The notes beneath the pieces are model-generated. The model made no database searches. It had not been told where the DNA came from and saw only the letters and a program-made list of their open reading frames with translations. DNA of 34,453 nt, taken from IMG/VR virus record IMGVR_UViG_3300017991_000049, positions 192,001 to 226,453 of that record; one strand, written 5' to 3'. A program made the position numbers and the translations under genes. Source of the DNA: a virus. Shown here piece by piece: positions 24,820 to 33,610 of the stretch (the first letter of the stretch is position 1; each line of letters starts with the position of its first letter).

Positions 24820-25331
24820 AGATTGCGGTTTGCGGCCATGGCCGCTGCGGCAAAGACACCGTCTCCAACTGGTTCGATTACAGCACATCCCTGTGCTATC
24901 ATGAAAGCACCAGCCAGGCGGCCGCCGCGCTGTGTTTCTCGCAATTACGCGAGAAATACGGCTATATCACCGTGGAAGAGGCGTTCGACGATCGCCACAA
25001 CCACCGGGAAGAGTGGGCCCAAATAATTTGGGCGCACAACGAGCCTGACGGTTTGACCCTGTATCGTGGTATGCTGGATACCAGCGACATCCTGAATGGC
25101 ATCCGCCGTGCCGGCGAGTTGCAAGCATTGCTGGCACACCAGATGCTGGACCTTACGATCTGGATCGAACGGGATGTCCCAAAGGATCCGTCATGCGAAA
25201 TCACCATCGACGATTGCGACATCGCGATCCCGAACAACGGCACTTTGGAGGAACTGTACCAGCGCTTGGAGCGGTTCTCCAAAGTGACCGGCTTGTTCGA
25301 GCCGGATGTGCACCATCGTCAATATCGTTGA
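24816..25331 (+). CDS. P-loop kinase resembling T4 gp1 deoxynucleoside monophosphate kinase
   Basis: MKIAVCGHGRCGKDTVSNWF matches the gp1 P-loop G-x-x-R-x-GKDT. ATG at 24816 is coupled to the upstream stop. Confidence 0.55.
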   Translation: MKIAVCGHGRCGKDTVSNWFDYSTSLCYHESTSQAAAALCFSQLREKYGYITVEEAFDDRHNHREEWAQIIWAHNEPDGLTLYRGMLDTSDILNGIRRAGELQALLAHQMLDLTIWIERDVPKDPSCEITIDDCDIAIPNNGTLEELYQRLERFSKVTGLFEPDVHHRQYR

Positions 25332-25340
25332 GGTGACCCG

Positions 25341-25919
25341 GTGGACATTGGCCTTGGTTGGTTATCGGACTTTGTGCGATGGGTGTCGCGAATCTTCCCG
25401 CGCGGCTTACACGTGGATGCCACGCAGGAAGGTGTGATGCTCACGCTCAGTAGAGCGAAGCGCATCAGGCCTGGCTTCCATATCTACTGGCCTCCCATCC
25501 AACGGCCGATGGTCCATCCGGTTAAGCGCGACTCTTTCGAAGTCGGCGTGCAGACTCTACCGCACAGATCCGAACGCCCGATTGGCATTTGCATCTCTGT
25601 TACTGTAGTCTACACGATTGGCGACATAATGAAAGCGCTGGTTGACACCTACAACTTCCCGTCGACCATCAAAGACCGAGCGCAGGGCGCTGTCATAGGC
25701 GCATGCATCGGCAAGACGATCACCGAACTAGCCGACAATCACCAGAAGATTAACGCGGCGCTAACACGCAGAATGCGTAAGGCGCTCGACAAATACGGCG
25801 TCGAAGTGGAAGAGGCATTCATGTCCGACTTCCACCTGTCCAACATGCATCGAGTACACGGCGGCACAACAGTCCTACCGATGGACGCTGCCGAGGAAGA
25901 AGAGGAGGAAGAGGAATGA
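25341..25919 (+). CDS. hypothetical protein with poly-Glu C-terminus (weak SPFH/band-7-like segment)
   Basis: GTG start at 25341 (alternative ATG at 25437). The segment INAALTRRMRKALDKYGVEVEEAFMSDF loosely resembles SPFH-domain proteins. Ends EEEEEEEE. Confidence 0.45.
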   Translation: MDIGLGWLSDFVRWVSRIFPRGLHVDATQEGVMLTLSRAKRIRPGFHIYWPPIQRPMVHPVKRDSFEVGVQTLPHRSERPIGICISVTVVYTIGDIMKALVDTYNFPSTIKDRAQGAVIGACIGKTITELADNHQKINAALTRRMRKALDKYGVEVEEAFMSDFHLSNMHRVHGGTTVLPMDAAEEEEEEEE

Positions 25920-26164
25920 TGGCAAAGGCCACCGCAGACCCGCTTGCAGCTTTGAAGTCTCGTACACGGCGCGTGACCCCGAAGGTACTACGCGGCGACA
26001 GCAAGAAGCTCTGGGACGAGTTCGTCCAGAACTATGCAAACGAGGAGTATGCAGGCATCCCAATGACCGATCTCTACGAGTGGGCCAAAGAGCATTGCAA
26101 GCTGACATGCTCGCTTAGCTGCTTCCGGCAGGCGCTGATTGAGCAGGCAGAGAATCGCCCTTAA
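25916..26164 (+). CDS. hypothetical small protein
   Basis: ATGATG start overlapping the upstream stop. The poly-Glu codons (GAGGAGGAAGAGGAA) double as its SD. Confidence 0.4.
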   Translation: MMAKATADPLAALKSRTRRVTPKVLRGDSKKLWDEFVQNYANEEYAGIPMTDLYEWAKEHCKLTCSLSCFRQALIEQAENRP

Positions 26165-26960
26165 TCCTGATCTTGCGGAAACGGCGCCCCAGCTGCCCAT
26201 CGTGCAAACCATCATCGAGATCAACCGCCAGTAGGGCGGCGTACATGGTGGTGCGCAGATGGCGCAGCTCAATCGCAGTTTGGTCTAGCTGTCGCGACTC
26301 GTTGTCGAGCGCCACCTCAACGTCGTACTGCCGCTTCTCGCGTTCGCGAATGGTCGCCAGTCTCTCGCCTTCCTCCACCGTGAACTTCTCGATCCGCTCC
26401 TTTAGATCGGCCTCGCGGACAGCCAATTCGTCTGCGCGATTCTTGAGGATGAGCTTCTCCCGCTGCCGCATCTTCATGAATTCCGCACGATCGCGTTCGA
26501 GCTCCGTCAGCCGTTTGCTGAAATGCTCTTCGGCTTCCGTCTGCTCTACTTCATAGCGCCCAATCTTCTGGCGCCATCTACGGCGGCCGGTCTTGAACGG
26601 GCCGCCCTGTCTAAAGCGTGATTTGACACGTGCGCCAAGCGCGGCGCTGGCTTCTTTGCGGGAGCTGGCTGTAGAGCCCGCCTGATCGACGCTGTTGCAC
26701 CACGTCCAGCAAGCCAGATCCTCAGCATCCTCGCGGCTAGCGAACTCGACCCACATGGCATAGCCGCTGGGGACATGTAGCGCCACCCAGTAGCGTTTGC
26801 CGTTATCGTCGGGATCGTCCTGATAAACCGCCCAGACGCCTTCTGTGCCCAGCACTGGGTACGCCAAGCGCCGTTCGCGCTTATGATTCCAGTCGATCAC
26901 ACGCTCGACCTCGATAGCCGGCGGACCGTAGGGGTCCGCCGGCTCCTTGGTCTTGGTCAT
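26115..26960 (-). CDS. hypothetical coiled-coil protein
   Basis: 281-aa ORF convergent with, and overlapping by 50 nt, the plus-strand block end. Confidence 0.5.
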   Translation of the reverse strand: MTKTKEPADPYGPPAIEVERVIDWNHKRERRLAYPVLGTEGVWAVYQDDPDDNGKRYWVALHVPSGYAMWVEFASREDAEDLACWTWCNSVDQAGSTASSRKEASAALGARVKSRFRQGGPFKTGRRRWRQKIGRYEVEQTEAEEHFSKRLTELERDRAEFMKMRQREKLILKNRADELAVREADLKERIEKFTVEEGERLATIREREKRQYDVEVALDNESRQLDQTAIELRHLRTTMYAALLAVDLDDGLHDGQLGRRFRKIRIKGDSLPAQSAPAGSS

Positions 26961-27532
26961 TCGCAGTAGCCCTTAGACTTGCCCCAAGCGGCGCAGGTCT
27001 TCGACATACTGTTGTTCGCATGAAACCAGTCACGCGCCCAATCCCAGTCGTCGTTGACCAGCGTGGCAAAGTCATGCTCGTTGAGTTCGATGACCGTATC
27101 AGTGGTCAGCTCCAACATGCGGATCACGCGGTCGTAGTCGGCCACATGGTTCGCCGGCGGCCACGCGCGGATGTCCACGCGGATAGCTTTGCCGTCGCGC
27201 AGCTTCTGCGCCTCGCCTTCGAGCTTCTCTGCGGTCTTGGCGCAGAAGCCGGCAAGCGCTTCGTCGCGCATGGTTATATGCTGCTCTCGGTTCTTCCGAA
27301 CGATATCAAGCAGCTTGTCACGTTCCATCGTGCATTTGATGTCCAAGGTAAATCTCCGATACGTGTCGAAACGTGCGCGCGCCAGGCCTTGTGTGTTGCC
27401 TATCGACCCGCCCATCGTTTCATATGCGTAGAATTCCAGCTTGTAGCGCGGCCCCCGAATATACATTTCGGCCGGGAGCCGCGCGCCTGGTATGCTGAAT
27501 GCGCCGTAGCGATTAGGCGTTGACCAGTTCAT
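26957..27532 (-). CDS. hypothetical protein
   Basis: 191-aa ORF immediately downstream of ligA, overlapping it by 20 nt. Confidence 0.5.
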   Translation of the reverse strand: MNWSTPNRYGAFSIPGARLPAEMYIRGPRYKLEFYAYETMGGSIGNTQGLARARFDTYRRFTLDIKCTMERDKLLDIVRKNREQHITMRDEALAGFCAKTAEKLEGEAQKLRDGKAIRVDIRAWPPANHVADYDRVIRMLELTTDTVIELNEHDFATLVNDDWDWARDWFHANNSMSKTCAAWGKSKGYCE

Positions 27533-29618
27533 TGAACTCGTCTTCGGTCAGGATGGTGACATCCAGTTGCCGCGCCTTAGTCAGCTTGCTGCCGGCATCT
27601 GCGCCGGCCACGAGATAGTCGGTCTTGCCCGAGACACTGCTCGAAGCTTTGCCGCCAGCATCCTTGATGGCTTGTTTGATGCCATCGCGGGTGTAGCCGA
27701 CGAGCTTGCCAGTCGCGCAGATGTTCTTGCCGTCCAGCGGACGTGGTCCGGCTGGCACTACCTCTGGCGGGGGATCGCCCATGCCCGTGTTGACGCCCCA
27801 GGTACGGAAGTCTTCCAGGAGCTGTCTGTTCCCGTCATGGGCCAGCCAGTCTTCAAGACTTGCAGCCGTCTCCTTACCTATCCCCTCCAGCTCGCTCAGA
27901 CTATCTGCGCTCCACGAATTGCCCAACTCCACAAAAACGTCGACTGGCTTGCCGGCGCGCGCAACCACGGCCTTGCAAATCAGCTCGGAATTGGTCCGCC
28001 CGACGTGCTTGATGTTGAGCGACGCCATCAGGCGCCACGAGGGACGCGTAGCAGCCTCGTCTATGGCCGCCAGGAGCTTTTTCGACTTCCCAGGCGTCAA
28101 ACCCGGAATGGCCCCAGAATCGGCGTCTACGGTGTCGTAGAGGCACCATAGATCGGCCAGGCTTGTGAGCAGCCCACCAACTTCGCCGTTGTAATCCTCC
28201 GCCATCATCGCCTGGACGGCCTTGGGACCGAGTCCGTCGATATCCAGGCGGCTGCGGTCGGCAGCTGCGAGGATTACGGCTTCTAGCTGGGCTGGGCAGC
28301 CTGCGGTGTTTGTGCAGGACACGAGGGGACCATCGCGCACGGTGTTGGCCTCGCAGACCGGGCACTTCTCGGGCGGCTTGAACTTCCGCGGCCGTCCGGT
28401 GCGCTTGCCCGTGTGTACCCGCACCAGGTGGGGTATGATCTTCCCCGCCTTCTCCAGCGTCACAGTGTCCCCGATGCGGGGGTCCAACCGTTCGACCTCG
28501 TCGAAGTTGAACAGGGTGCTCTTCTGTACCGTAGTCTCAGCGATCTCGACGGGCTCGTAGTAGGCGACAGGCGTCAGCGTTCCTTGCTTACCGACCTGCG
28601 TCTCGAGCCGTACGATCTTGGTTTCAGCCTCATATCGCTCCCATTTGTAGGCCATGGCCCACGAAACGTGGCGCGATGAAACAGAGCCCATTGTTTCACG
28701 ATCGCTGAAACAGTCCAGTTTCAGCACGATCCCGTCGACCGGAATATCAAGACCGTTGATCACGGCGACCATCTGCTCGATCTGCTTGCGCGCGACTGGA
28801 TACGTCAGCGGGTTCATAGTCTCGCAGTTGCTCGGAATGCCCATCAGATGCAGCGCGTACATCGTCTCAACGAATGAGTCGTTGTAGTAGTCCGGATCGA
28901 ACTGGCCGACGCCATGCGCTATGAAGTGCAGCTTGCGCTTCCAGCATTCCTTAGGGTCGTGCTGCCGCAATGCGCCCGACGCCGCGTTTCTGGAGTTCTT
29001 GAAGGGTTCCTCGCCGGCCTTCTCCTGCGCGTCCACCAGCGCGGCGAAGGCCGAGTTGGGGATATAGACCTCGCCGCGGACCTCCACGGTGCCGTCAACT
29101 TTGATCACATGATCATTTTTCGGCAGGTCGTCTCGGACGAGGCGTTCCAGCTTGCGCGGGATACCGCGGATCGACATGGCATTGTGGGTGATGTCATCAC
29201 CCTTCTTGCCGTCGCCGCGGGTCACAGCGCGCGTCAGTACACCGTCGACGTAGATCAGGCTGATGGCGCAGCCATCGACCTTCCAGTCGGCGCTATATAC
29301 CGGGCCTTTCTTGAGCTTATGCGACGCACGGACGTGGAACTTGTCCAACGCATCCACGTCAAAACCGTTGTCGATCGAGAGCATCGACACAGCGTGCTTG
29401 ACGGATTTCAGCCCAGCGATGGGCTCGCCGCCGACACGTTGCGTGGGACTCTTCGGGTCAGCGAATTCCGGATTCTCGGCTTCCAGACGCTGCAGCTCCT
29501 TGAACTGCTTGTCGTAGAACGCATCCGAGACGACCGATTCGCTGTATGTGTAGTACATACGGTCCCATTCTGCGATCGCGTCGCGGAGTTCTTCAATCTG
29601 TGTCCTTACGTCAGGCAT
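27513..29618 (-). CDS. ligA: NAD-dependent DNA ligase (LigA)
   Basis: N-terminal Ia domain (EWDRMYYTYSESVVSDAFYD). Adenylation KxDG motif WKVDGCAIS. OB, Zn-finger (CPVC...C..C) and HhH regions. C-terminal BRCT (TGKLVGYTRDGIKQAIKDAGGKASSSVSGKTDYLVAG). SD AGGAGGGG. Confidence 0.9.
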   Translation of the reverse strand: MPDVRTQIEELRDAIAEWDRMYYTYSESVVSDAFYDKQFKELQRLEAENPEFADPKSPTQRVGGEPIAGLKSVKHAVSMLSIDNGFDVDALDKFHVRASHKLKKGPVYSADWKVDGCAISLIYVDGVLTRAVTRGDGKKGDDITHNAMSIRGIPRKLERLVRDDLPKNDHVIKVDGTVEVRGEVYIPNSAFAALVDAQEKAGEEPFKNSRNAASGALRQHDPKECWKRKLHFIAHGVGQFDPDYYNDSFVETMYALHLMGIPSNCETMNPLTYPVARKQIEQMVAVINGLDIPVDGIVLKLDCFSDRETMGSVSSRHVSWAMAYKWERYEAETKIVRLETQVGKQGTLTPVAYYEPVEIAETTVQKSTLFNFDEVERLDPRIGDTVTLEKAGKIIPHLVRVHTGKRTGRPRKFKPPEKCPVCEANTVRDGPLVSCTNTAGCPAQLEAVILAAADRSRLDIDGLGPKAVQAMMAEDYNGEVGGLLTSLADLWCLYDTVDADSGAIPGLTPGKSKKLLAAIDEAATRPSWRLMASLNIKHVGRTNSELICKAVVARAGKPVDVFVELGNSWSADSLSELEGIGKETAASLEDWLAHDGNRQLLEDFRTWGVNTGMGDPPPEVVPAGPRPLDGKNICATGKLVGYTRDGIKQAIKDAGGKASSSVSGKTDYLVAGADAGSKLTKARQLDVTILTEDEFNELVNA

Positions 29619-29919
29619 AGTCTTCCCCTCCTGGGAGCTTCTCGATTTTCTGTTGGATGATAAACGGCTTCTCGGCTTTGTGCCAATGCGGCCGATCCTG
29701 CAGCCATTCGTCCAGGGTCGTTGTTAGGTCGTATGCGGACCCGGCCATGGAGATGACAATTGTATCGCGCTCACCGTCGAAGAAGATCGGCCCGATGGGC
29801 ATCAAGCCAGCAACCAGTGGATGTACTAGCACTTGATTCATCTGCGGCTGATACCATACGGGCAGCTCGATCTCCGTCTCGACGATTTCGCTCGTTTCTC
29901 CGTGAAGAATCACGGGCAT
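29611..29919 (-). CDS. hypothetical protein
   Basis: ATG at 29919 avoids a 115-nt overlap with the upstream zinc-ribbon ORF. The ORF track extends to 30060. Confidence 0.4.
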   Translation of the reverse strand: MPVILHGETSEIVETEIELPVWYQPQMNQVLVHPLVAGLMPIGPIFFDGERDTIVISMAGSAYDLTTTLDEWLQDRPHWHKAEKPFIIQQKIEKLPGGEDYA

Positions 29920-29945
29920 CTGAATGAACGCCCTGTAGTGGTCGC

Positions 29946-30188
29946 TCACTTCTTCTTCTCCCGCTTGGGCTTCAACTTCGTCTCCTTGCTTTCTAAGCGC
30001 CGGGCAACATCGTAGTCGAGACACTCGCGGTCGTACCGAGAGAGCTCTTCGATGTAACACCGTTCGCAGCGTACGAATGGCAGCCTAGCGCCACCAGTCG
30101 TAGGATACCAATTCGTGGTCACCTCGAGACATCTCGTGCATTTCTTTGTTGGCCGCCTTAGCGGCTTGGCTACGCTTGTAGTCTGCAT
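29946..30188 (-). CDS. small zinc-ribbon protein with basic tail
   Basis: KKCTRCLEV...VRCERCY. C-terminus KPKREKKK. ATG start. Confidence 0.35.
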   Translation of the reverse strand: MQTTSVAKPLRRPTKKCTRCLEVTTNWYPTTGGARLPFVRCERCYIEELSRYDRECLDYDVARRLESKETKLKPKREKKK

Positions 30189-30399
30189 AAAGTGCCTCGA
30201 TTAGTTGTTTGAACCGCCAACGCTGTGTGCCACACGCACACCGCCTAAGGATGTCGGGACGCCTCTGCATGATCCAGAGATCTGCAGCGTTTCTTTGTCT
30301 CGTGGACATGTATTGCGTCCAATAGTCTTCAGCAGCCTCTTGGCCGCGTGTGACCCGCATGTCGAGCGCGTTCTGTATCGACCACGGCAGGTATCTCAC
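30085..30399 (-). CDS. hypothetical protein
   Basis: 104-aa ORF. GTG at 30399 overlaps the stop of a 17-22-aa upstream mini-ORF (GTGA). Alternative ATG at 30360. Confidence 0.4.
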   Translation of the reverse strand: MRYLPWSIQNALDMRVTRGQEAAEDYWTQYMSTRQRNAADLWIMQRRPDILRRCACGTQRWRFKQLIEALYADYKRSQAAKAANKEMHEMSRGDHELVSYDWWR

Positions 30400-30475
30400 G
30401 GCGGGGCGTGCTGCACTCGAATCCTGTTCAGATGGCGCTGTCTGTCCATAGCGGTATCCTCCATGATGAAGGTGA

Positions 30476-32293
30476 TTACAATACTGCGGGCGCTTCGGCG
30501 TCCACAGGTGCCTCGGCAGCTACTACCAGAGGCGGACGACTGTCGTCTTCTTCGTTCTCAGCCGGACCGTGCAGGTTTTCGGCAAGCTCTAGGCCCTCCT
30601 CTAGCCGGTCAGCTTCTCTTAACTCTTGTTCGGTCATCCTGGCGTTCACGAACTCGGCGACGGTTGGCATCCGTACCGAGCAGTTGTACATGAACTGCCC
30701 AATACCCCAGCGGTTGCCCATCCAGTCGTGATAGCGCGCGTAGAACGCTTTGGTGTGCTTGTGCGCCTTGAACGACGGCGTTGAGTGCAACGCCTCGTGC
30801 ACGAGCAAATGGGCGTAGCGCATCCACGCCGTAGGCCCTGTCTTCATGTCGCGCACGTGCTCGCGGTTGATGGCTATGTAGGTCTTGCCGTCCGTCCACG
30901 ATGTCAACGGACCGTACCCAAGCACGATACGCATGTCGTGGAGATTTTTACCAGGACCGCCTGGCCACGCACGCCACAGCTGATTGACGTTCTGCCGTAG
31001 GCATCCCAGGACCACAGATTCAACACGATTGAGCTGAGAGTCATCGATGATCTGCGACTTGGAATTCAGCGAGGCGACCAAATCGCCCCACGGTATGTAC
31101 GTTAGCGCGTAGCGGTCGTACCCGCCGATTACGCGATTAACCAGCGCCACCAACGCTTCGCAGTTCTGCAGCCCGAAACGGGTCAGCGTGGTGTTGTCTA
31201 TCACGCACGCCAGCTGATTGATGGTAATCGCCGCGACATTCGAGCGGTGCCTGTAACTGTAGTTGTCAGCGCCCCGCGGCGGGCTGGTAACTTGGCCACG
31301 GGCCACGTTGTGGACCTGCCGCACAGTAAGATTCGCACGCTGCTCAAATCGCTTGAAGAGCCGAGCATTCTTGAACTGCTGGGCTTCCAGCTCGCCGTCT
31401 TTGGCCTGGTTACAGAGCCGTACACGATCATCCTCGGTCAGCCTAACGGGCGCCGCGCGATTACCTGTCCTACGGCGCTGCGTTCCGGGCGTGGAACGCG
31501 TGCGCGTCTGCTCGGCGTTAGCCCGCTTGGTGATCTCCTTGAGCACCTTACGCCAGACAGGGCAGTCATCCATGATGTCGTTGCGCGCGAAGTTCACCTT
31601 GAGCGGCTTCTTCGTCACGACGTCACCGCCTACACCGTACTTGTACCGGTAGTAGGAGATCACTTTGATGCCCTGGTTGTACACGCGCAGGTCTTGGTTC
31701 GCCCGATACCGAATATCGGCCTCCGGCGTCTCGACGTCCCACGGTACGCGGGCGCGATTGGCGACGAACTTGTCACCGTTCAGCGTGGCGTTCAGCTCAA
31801 CGTACTTGGCGTTGCTCTTGATCTCTTCCTGCAGCTGCGACAACTGGGTGTGCGACAGCTGCTTGAACAGCTCTACTGTGACACTGCACCCGTCGCGGTG
31901 GTCCAGGCCCTCGGTAAGGTGGTAGTCCAGGCCGTCGCGCTCGATGTTGACGACCATCTCGAATTCGCCTGAGCGCCAGATGTTGTGGCCGAAAGCGAAT
32001 AGCTGGCCACGGCCCATCCGGAACGCTCCGAATGTCTTGTTCTCTCGTGCCTCATGCATCTTGCCGAAGACCTCGAAGAAGTCCTCGATGTCGCTTCGGG
32101 AGCGGAAACCCTTTCCGTTGTCCCGAATCGTCAGCATATTTCGCGTGAGTTCGATCTCGCATGTGGAGGCGCCTGCGTCGATGGCGTTCATGACGCCCTC
32201 GATCGTGGCTTTCCACAGGCTGCCGGCCTGACGTTTGATTATGTCAACCAGCAGTTGTTGGTCCATTTTGAAGCTACGTCGTTCTCTGCTCAT
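30476..32293 (-). CDS. GHKL-superfamily (HATPase_c) ATPase with C-terminal HExxH zinc-metallopeptidase-like motif
   Basis: N-box EGVMNAIDAGAS and G1 box LTIRDNGKGF within the first 65 aa (Bergerat fold). C-terminal LLVHEALHSTPSFKAHKH (HExxH). 605 aa, ATG at 32293. Confidence 0.7.
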   Translation of the reverse strand: MSRERRSFKMDQQLLVDIIKRQAGSLWKATIEGVMNAIDAGASTCEIELTRNMLTIRDNGKGFRSRSDIEDFFEVFGKMHEARENKTFGAFRMGRGQLFAFGHNIWRSGEFEMVVNIERDGLDYHLTEGLDHRDGCSVTVELFKQLSHTQLSQLQEEIKSNAKYVELNATLNGDKFVANRARVPWDVETPEADIRYRANQDLRVYNQGIKVISYYRYKYGVGGDVVTKKPLKVNFARNDIMDDCPVWRKVLKEITKRANAEQTRTRSTPGTQRRRTGNRAAPVRLTEDDRVRLCNQAKDGELEAQQFKNARLFKRFEQRANLTVRQVHNVARGQVTSPPRGADNYSYRHRSNVAAITINQLACVIDNTTLTRFGLQNCEALVALVNRVIGGYDRYALTYIPWGDLVASLNSKSQIIDDSQLNRVESVVLGCLRQNVNQLWRAWPGGPGKNLHDMRIVLGYGPLTSWTDGKTYIAINREHVRDMKTGPTAWMRYAHLLVHEALHSTPSFKAHKHTKAFYARYHDWMGNRWGIGQFMYNCSVRMPTVAEFVNARMTEQELREADRLEEGLELAENLHGPAENEEDDSRPPLVVAAEAPVDAEAPAVL

Positions 32294-32816
32294 TCCTCTT
32301 CAGCGAAATGCGGCGAGGCGCCCTGTTCTCGGTGGCGTCTTCTTTGACCTCCGGCGGCTCCTCGTCGTGGGTATGGTAGCGGGGGTGGCGATACAACACG
32401 CGATTCCGAACGGTTTCCTCGATCTTGACGATGTTGTTCATCAGGATTGCAGGCCCGCTTTCGGACTTGCTGTTGTACAGCATGATTGGAACCGTCTGGT
32501 CCCCGTCGCTAAGAGATATGTACCCCTCATCGTAGTCGCCCCAAGCACGCCCGGTCAGCGGGTTGCCGTAGTAGATACGGAAGCGCATCCTATCGATGCG
32601 CAGCGCCAGGCGTATTTGGAAGAAATCGATGATCGCCCTAGGCACGTGTGGGCCGTAGAGCTCAGGGTAGTACGTTGCAGCACGCAACTTAGCTCGAGAA
32701 ATCGTAGATGGTAGCGTCGTCAGGGAGTCCTGGGTATCTTCCACAGAGGATCTTGAGCGCGTGTTTGTAGGTGTCGACGACATCTTCTCTGGCTTGTCTT
32801 GAAACCTCGTCCACAA
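32274..32816 (-). CDS. hypothetical protein
   Basis: 180-aa ORF overlapping the RNase H 3' end by ~128 nt (alternative frames). Confidence 0.4.
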   Translation of the reverse strand: MWTRFQDKPEKMSSTPTNTRSRSSVEDTQDSLTTLPSTISRAKLRAATYYPELYGPHVPRAIIDFFQIRLALRIDRMRFRIYYGNPLTGRAWGDYDEGYISLSDGDQTVPIMLYNSKSESGPAILMNNIVKIEETVRNRVLYRHPRYHTHDEEPPEVKEDATENRAPRRISLKRNEQRTT

Positions 32817-33330
32817 GGATGTTCAGATTCACGCGGTCGCGTTCGACGTGGTGAAACGTCATGACGAAGCCGCGCTTGCGGTACTCGTCGAAAGCGGACC
32901 ACAGTTCCTGGTGTGAACGTCGCGACTCGGGCCGGTTGCCGGCCGTTGCCACGATCTTGCTGTCAGTCACTATATGGATCTGCATCTGGCGGTTGACCGC
33001 CTGCAGTTCTCTTCGCCGGTGTCGTCCCGGGCCGTCTCGCCCGGTATACCAGCTCAGCGCATGCAGATACGGAAACAGCTCGCCTAGCGTCACGGTGCCA
33101 GTATTCATGGCGCCGTAGAACAGCTTGCGCGCGCCGCTGTATCTGTCGATCAGTACGGCTGCCCAGCCTGCACCCATCTTCCAGCCGAGCCCGGACCCAT
33201 CACCGATGATGATGGTGTCCCACTCAGTTATCTTCAGGTGGGCGCGGAGGTCGGCCAAACTGGCCAGTCCGGGAAGCAGGTGCTTCTTGCGCTTCTTTGC
33301 CGCTGTGCGCGTTTTCGTCTCTGTTGTCAC
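32689..33330 (-). CDS. RNase H (RNase HI-like)
   Basis: IIIGDGSGLGWKMGAGWAAVL (DGS...G.G motif). Conserved E (TLGELFPYL) and D (IVTDSKIV). C-terminal HHVERDRVNLNILVDEVS parallels the E. coli HAGHPENERCDELAR region. Start uncertain; may be an internal GTG/TTG. Confidence 0.6.
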   Translation of the reverse strand: MTTETKTRTAAKKRKKHLLPGLASLADLRAHLKITEWDTIIIGDGSGLGWKMGAGWAAVLIDRYSGARKLFYGAMNTGTVTLGELFPYLHALSWYTGRDGPGRHRRRELQAVNRQMQIHIVTDSKIVATAGNRPESRRSHQELWSAFDEYRKRGFVMTFHHVERDRVNLNILVDEVSRQAREDVVDTYKHALKILCGRYPGLPDDATIYDFSS

Positions 33331-33610
33331 TTTGTCTCGCCCTGACCGCCTCTTCGGCAGCCCTAAAGAACTGGGAGAGTCCGCGGCCTAGCACACCCGG
33401 CAGCTCAGCTGCTGTAGCGCCCAGGCGGCAGACTATAGATGGATCTTGCAAATCTCCGAAGGCCAAATGCGCCGGCACACCCGTAAGCTCTGGGGCGTAC
33501 AGCAGCGCGACGGCAGCGCCGTCCAGCTCCGGAAACTCCTCGATCAGCTGTCCGAACATTTCGTGCAGACGTGCATTGATCTCTTCGTCGAATCGCTTAC
33601 GTTCCGCCAT
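33224..33610 (-). CDS. hypothetical protein (doubtful)
   Basis: 128-aa ORF overlapping the RNase H start by 107 nt. Low-complexity C-terminus. Confidence 0.3.
   Translation of the reverse strand: MAERKRFDEEINARLHEMFGQLIEEFPELDGAAVALLYAPELTGVPAHLAFGDLQDPSIVCRLGATAAELPGVLGRGLSQFFRAAEEAVRARQSDNRDENAHSGKEAQEAPASRTGQFGRPPRPPEDN

Noticed and set aside
25893-25916. GAG/GAA purine-rich repeat
   Set aside because: It encodes the poly-Glu C-terminus of ORF 25341-25919. It also happens to provide the SD for the next gene. It is not an independent repeat feature.
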